Below are positions 21,341 through 24,000 of a stretch of 24,000 nucleotides of DNA, one piece after another; the first letter of the stretch is position 1, and every line of letters starts with the position of its first letter. Origin of the DNA: Streptomyces cinnabarinus (GTDB lineage Bacteria > Actinomycetota > Actinomycetes > Streptomycetales > Streptomycetaceae); the NCBI RefSeq assembly GCF_027270315.1, contig NZ_CP114413.1, positions 96,114 to 120,113 on the forward strand, read 5' to 3'. A program made the translations under genes and the position numbers. The notes beneath the pieces are model-generated. The model worked only from the letters and a program-made list of their open reading frames with translations. It had not been told where the DNA came from and did not search any database.

Positions 21341-24000
21341 GTGCTGTCTTTACTGAAGCCGCGCAGCGTCGCCGGTCAGGTCTTCCGGCTGCAACTGGTG
21401 GTCGTCCTGCTGCTCATCGCCACGGCCGTGGTGGCCCTCGTGATCCAGGACCGCAACCGCGCGATCCAGGAGGCCGGCGACCGGTCACTGGTGGCGGCCG
21501 AGTCGTTCGCGAACGCCCCGGGCACCGCCGAGGCGATGACGAGCGATGACCCGACGGCGGAGCTCCAGCCCCATGCCGAGGCGGTGCGCAAGAAGACCGG
21601 CGTCGACTACGTCGTGGCACTGAGCCCGTACGGCTTCCGGTGGACCCACCCGGACCCGGACCAGATCGGGAAGCACGTCTCCACGTCCTACAGCGGGGCG
21701 CTGGAGGGCGAGCCCCACCAGACCACCTTCGACAGCAGCCTGGGCAAGGCGGTCGACTCGACGGTGGCCGTCTTCGACGAGGACGGGACCGCGGTCGGCC
21801 TGGTCACCGTAGGGGTCACGGTGGACAAGGTGACCAGTGTGGTCCAGCACCAGCTACCGGTGATCTTCGCCGCCGGCGGTGTCGCTCTGCTGCTCGCCGC
21901 GGGTGGGTCGGCACTGGTCAGCGGGCGTTTGCGGCGCCAGACCCGGGGCCTGGGGCCGGAGGAGATGACCCGCATGTACGAGCACCACGACGCGGTGCTG
22001 CACGCGGTCCGTGAAGGCGTGATCATTCTGGACGGTGACGGAAAGCTGCTGCTGGTCAACGACGAGGCACGCCGGCTGCTCGCGCTGCCGCCGGAGATCG
22101 AGGGCAGGCCGGTCACCGGACTCGGGCTGAACCCGTCCCTGGCCGGACTGCTGGGATCGGGCCAGGCGGCCACGGACAAGGTCTTCCTGGCCGGGGACGT
22201 CCTGCTCGCGGTCAACGTACGGCCGGTGGGCCCGCGGGAGGGCAGCGTGGCCACCCTGCGGGACACCACGGAGCTGCGCGCCCTCGCGGGCCGGGCGGAC
22301 GTGGCGGGCGGGCGTCTGCAACTGCTCTACGAGGCCAGCACGCGGATCGGTACCACCCTCGACATGACGCGCACCGCCGAGGAGCTCACCGAGGTGGCGG
22401 TCCCGCGCTTCGCCGACTTCGCCACCATCGAGCTGGTGGAGCCCGTACTGAGTGGCGGGGAACCGACGGGGGCGAGCATGGACCTCTACCGCATCGCGTC
22501 CGAGGGCGTCCGGGACGACGTCCCCCTTTACCCCGTGGGAAGGCGGATGCACTACGCGCCCGACAACCCCGTGGCCATCGGTATGACCACCGGCCGGCCC
22601 GTCCTGGTGGCGGAGCTCGCCCTGGCCGACGGGTGGCGGGCCCAGAACCCCGAACGTGCCAAGCAGGTCATCGACTACGGCATCCACTCCATGATCTCGG
22701 TGCCGCTCCGCGCCCGAGGCCAGCTGCTCGGGGTCGTGGAGTTCTGGCGTTCGGAGCAGGACCCGTTCGAATCGGACGACCTGTCCCCCGCCGAGGAACT
22801 CGCCGCCCGGGCCGCCGTGTGCATCGACAACGCACGCCGCTACACCCGCGAGCACACCACGGCCGTCACCCTCCAGCGCAGCCTGCTGCCCGGCACGCTC
22901 CCCGAGCTGTCCGCCTTGGAGGTCGGGCACCGCTACCTGCCCGCCAAGGCGGGAGTGGGCGGCGACTGGTACGACGTCATCCCGCTGCCCGGGGCGCGGG
23001 TGGCCCTGGTGGTCGGCGACGTCGTCGGGCACGGTCTGCACGCCGCCGCGACGATGGGCCGCCTGAGGACCGCGGTGCACAACTTCGCCGCCCTGGACCT
23101 GCCCCCGGACGAGCTCCTCGCGCACCTGGACGACCTGATCACCCAGATCGACCAGGACGCGGCGGCCCAGGGCGAGACCGAGGCCGTCAGCGGTGCCACC
23201 TGCCTGTACGCGGTCTACGATCCGGTCACCGGGCGCTGCGTTCTCGCCCGGGCAGGTCACCCCGGTCCGGCACTGGTCTCGCCCGACGGCTCCGTGACCT
23301 TCCCCGACATCCCTGTCGCCCCGCCACTCGGCGTGGGCGGCGGCCTGCCCGTCGAAACGGCCGAACTCCGGCTCGCCGCCGACAGCCGGCTGGTCCTCTA
23401 CACCGACGGCCTGGTCGAGGCCCGGGGCCGTGACATCGACGTCGGGCTCGGCATGCTGAGGGACGCGCTCGCCGAGACGAACGGCGCCGGCCTGGACGAC
23501 ACCTGCCAGGCGGTGCTCGAAGCGATGCTGCCCACCGGGTCGGGTGACGATGTCGCCCTGCTCGTCGCACGCACCCGGCTCCTGGACCCGGAACAGGTCG
23601 CGGAGTGGGACGTGCCGGCCGACCCCGCGGCCGTGCCCCGGATCCGCGCCGAGGCCACCCGCAGGCTGGAAGCCTGGGGGGTTGGGGAGGCAGCCTTCAC
23701 GACCGAGCTGATCCTCAGCGAGCTGGTCACGAACGCCATCCGGTACGGAGCCAGCCCCATCAGTCTGCGGCTGCTCCGCGACCGCGACAGCCTGATCTGC
23801 GAGGTCGCCGACGGCACCAGCACCTCCCCGCACCTGCGCCGCGCGGCCACCACGGACGAGGGTGGCCGCGGTCTGTTCCTCGTCGCGCAGATGTCCCGCC
23901 GCTGGGGCACCCGGTACACAGACCGAGGGAAGATCATCTGGGCCGAGCAGGCACTCGATGCCGGAGCCGCCGGGGACCTCAGCGGTCTCCTGATGGCGGA
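21341..24000 (+). CDS. multidomain sensor: extracytoplasmic sensor domain, PAS, GAF, PP2C (SpoIIE) phosphatase and RsbW-like HATPase_c; 3'-partial
   Basis: This frame is open from before 21341 to the window end, and it is absent from the track because it has no stop. My own translation gives TM1 LQLVVVLLLIATAVVALVI, a ~150-aa loop, and TM2 LPVIFAAGGVALLLAAGGSALV. Then come a PAS-like segment (HDAVLHAVREGVIILDGDGKLLLVNDEA), GAF (LDMTRTAEEL...SMISVPLRARGQLLGVVEFW), PP2C (GGDWYDVIPLPGARVALVVGDVVGHGLHAAATMGRLR...LVLYTDGLVE...DDVALLVAR) and HATPase (LILSELVTNAIRYG...DEGGRGLFLVAQMSRRWG). Start GTG 21341 is tentative. Confidence 0.88.
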   Translation, partial: MLSLLKPRSVAGQVFRLQLVVVLLLIATAVVALVIQDRNRAIQEAGDRSLVAAESFANAPGTAEAMTSDDPTAELQPHAEAVRKKTGVDYVVALSPYGFRWTHPDPDQIGKHVSTSYSGALEGEPHQTTFDSSLGKAVDSTVAVFDEDGTAVGLVTVGVTVDKVTSVVQHQLPVIFAAGGVALLLAAGGSALVSGRLRRQTRGLGPEEMTRMYEHHDAVLHAVREGVIILDGDGKLLLVNDEARRLLALPPEIEGRPVTGLGLNPSLAGLLGSGQAATDKVFLAGDVLLAVNVRPVGPREGSVATLRDTTELRALAGRADVAGGRLQLLYEASTRIGTTLDMTRTAEELTEVAVPRFADFATIELVEPVLSGGEPTGASMDLYRIASEGVRDDVPLYPVGRRMHYAPDNPVAIGMTTGRPVLVAELALADGWRAQNPERAKQVIDYGIHSMISVPLRARGQLLGVVEFWRSEQDPFESDDLSPAEELAARAAVCIDNARRYTREHTTAVTLQRSLLPGTLPELSALEVGHRYLPAKAGVGGDWYDVIPLPGARVALVVGDVVGHGLHAAATMGRLRTAVHNFAALDLPPDELLAHLDDLITQIDQDAAAQGETEAVSGATCLYAVYDPVTGRCVLARAGHPGPALVSPDGSVTFPDIPVAPPLGVGGGLPVETAELRLAADSRLVLYTDGLVEARGRDIDVGLGMLRDALAETNGAGLDDTCQAVLEAMLPTGSGDDVALLVARTRLLDPEQVAEWDVPADPAAVPRIRAEATRRLEAWGVGEAAFTTELILSELVTNAIRYGASPISLRLLRDRDSLICEVADGTSTSPHLRRAATTDEGGRGLFLVAQMSRRWGTRYTDRGKIIWAEQALDAGAAGDLSGLLMA

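Noticed and set aside
21854-23833. 659-aa minus-strand ORF
   Set aside because: It is antisense to the open plus-strand frame that encodes clear GAF, PP2C and HATPase motifs. The plus-strand gene is missing from the track only because it has no stop within the window.

Overview
High-GC actinobacterial chromosomal DNA, Streptomyces-like; it encodes a close relative of the S. griseus SGAP aminopeptidase. I support about 22 protein-coding genes. Left to right: (1) a tight plus-strand module of a 5'-partial ECF sigma factor, a DUF4397-like secreted protein, a class F sortase and a zf-HC2 anti-sigma factor. (2) An APH-family kinase-like gene with atypical composition. (3) An nfeD-SPFH operon. (4) A GNAT acetyltransferase. 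(5) An IS-scrambled patch: a 5'-truncated aldo/keto reductase remnant, a complete IS200/IS605-type element with divergent tnpA/tnpB, an IS1182-family element with imperfect terminal inverted repeats, and an ABC-exporter fragment. (6) An MBL-fold hydrolase divergent from a GlxA/AraC regulator. (7) ltrA, a cold-shock protein gene and a DEAD-box helicase gene side by side. (8) A dienelactone hydrolase, an orphan ORF and an M28 aminopeptidase with a P-domain. (9) A run of small minus-strand genes (EF-G domain IV-like, 2-TM protein, Clp_N protein, small HTH) divergent from a large sensor/PAS/GAF/PP2C/HATPase protein that runs off the window end. I saw no rRNA, tRNA or CRISPR array. Many long ORFs in the supplied track are antisense or out-of-frame shadow ORFs typical of high-GC DNA. 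No single clearly novel multi-gene system stands out. The candidates most worth follow-up are the stand-alone EF-G domain IV-like protein, the sigma/DUF4397/sortase F/anti-sigma module, the HTH-Clp_N operon with its triple operator-like repeat, and the intact TnpA/TnpB element with a predictable guide RNA. All family calls come from motif recognition by eye; no database search was run.
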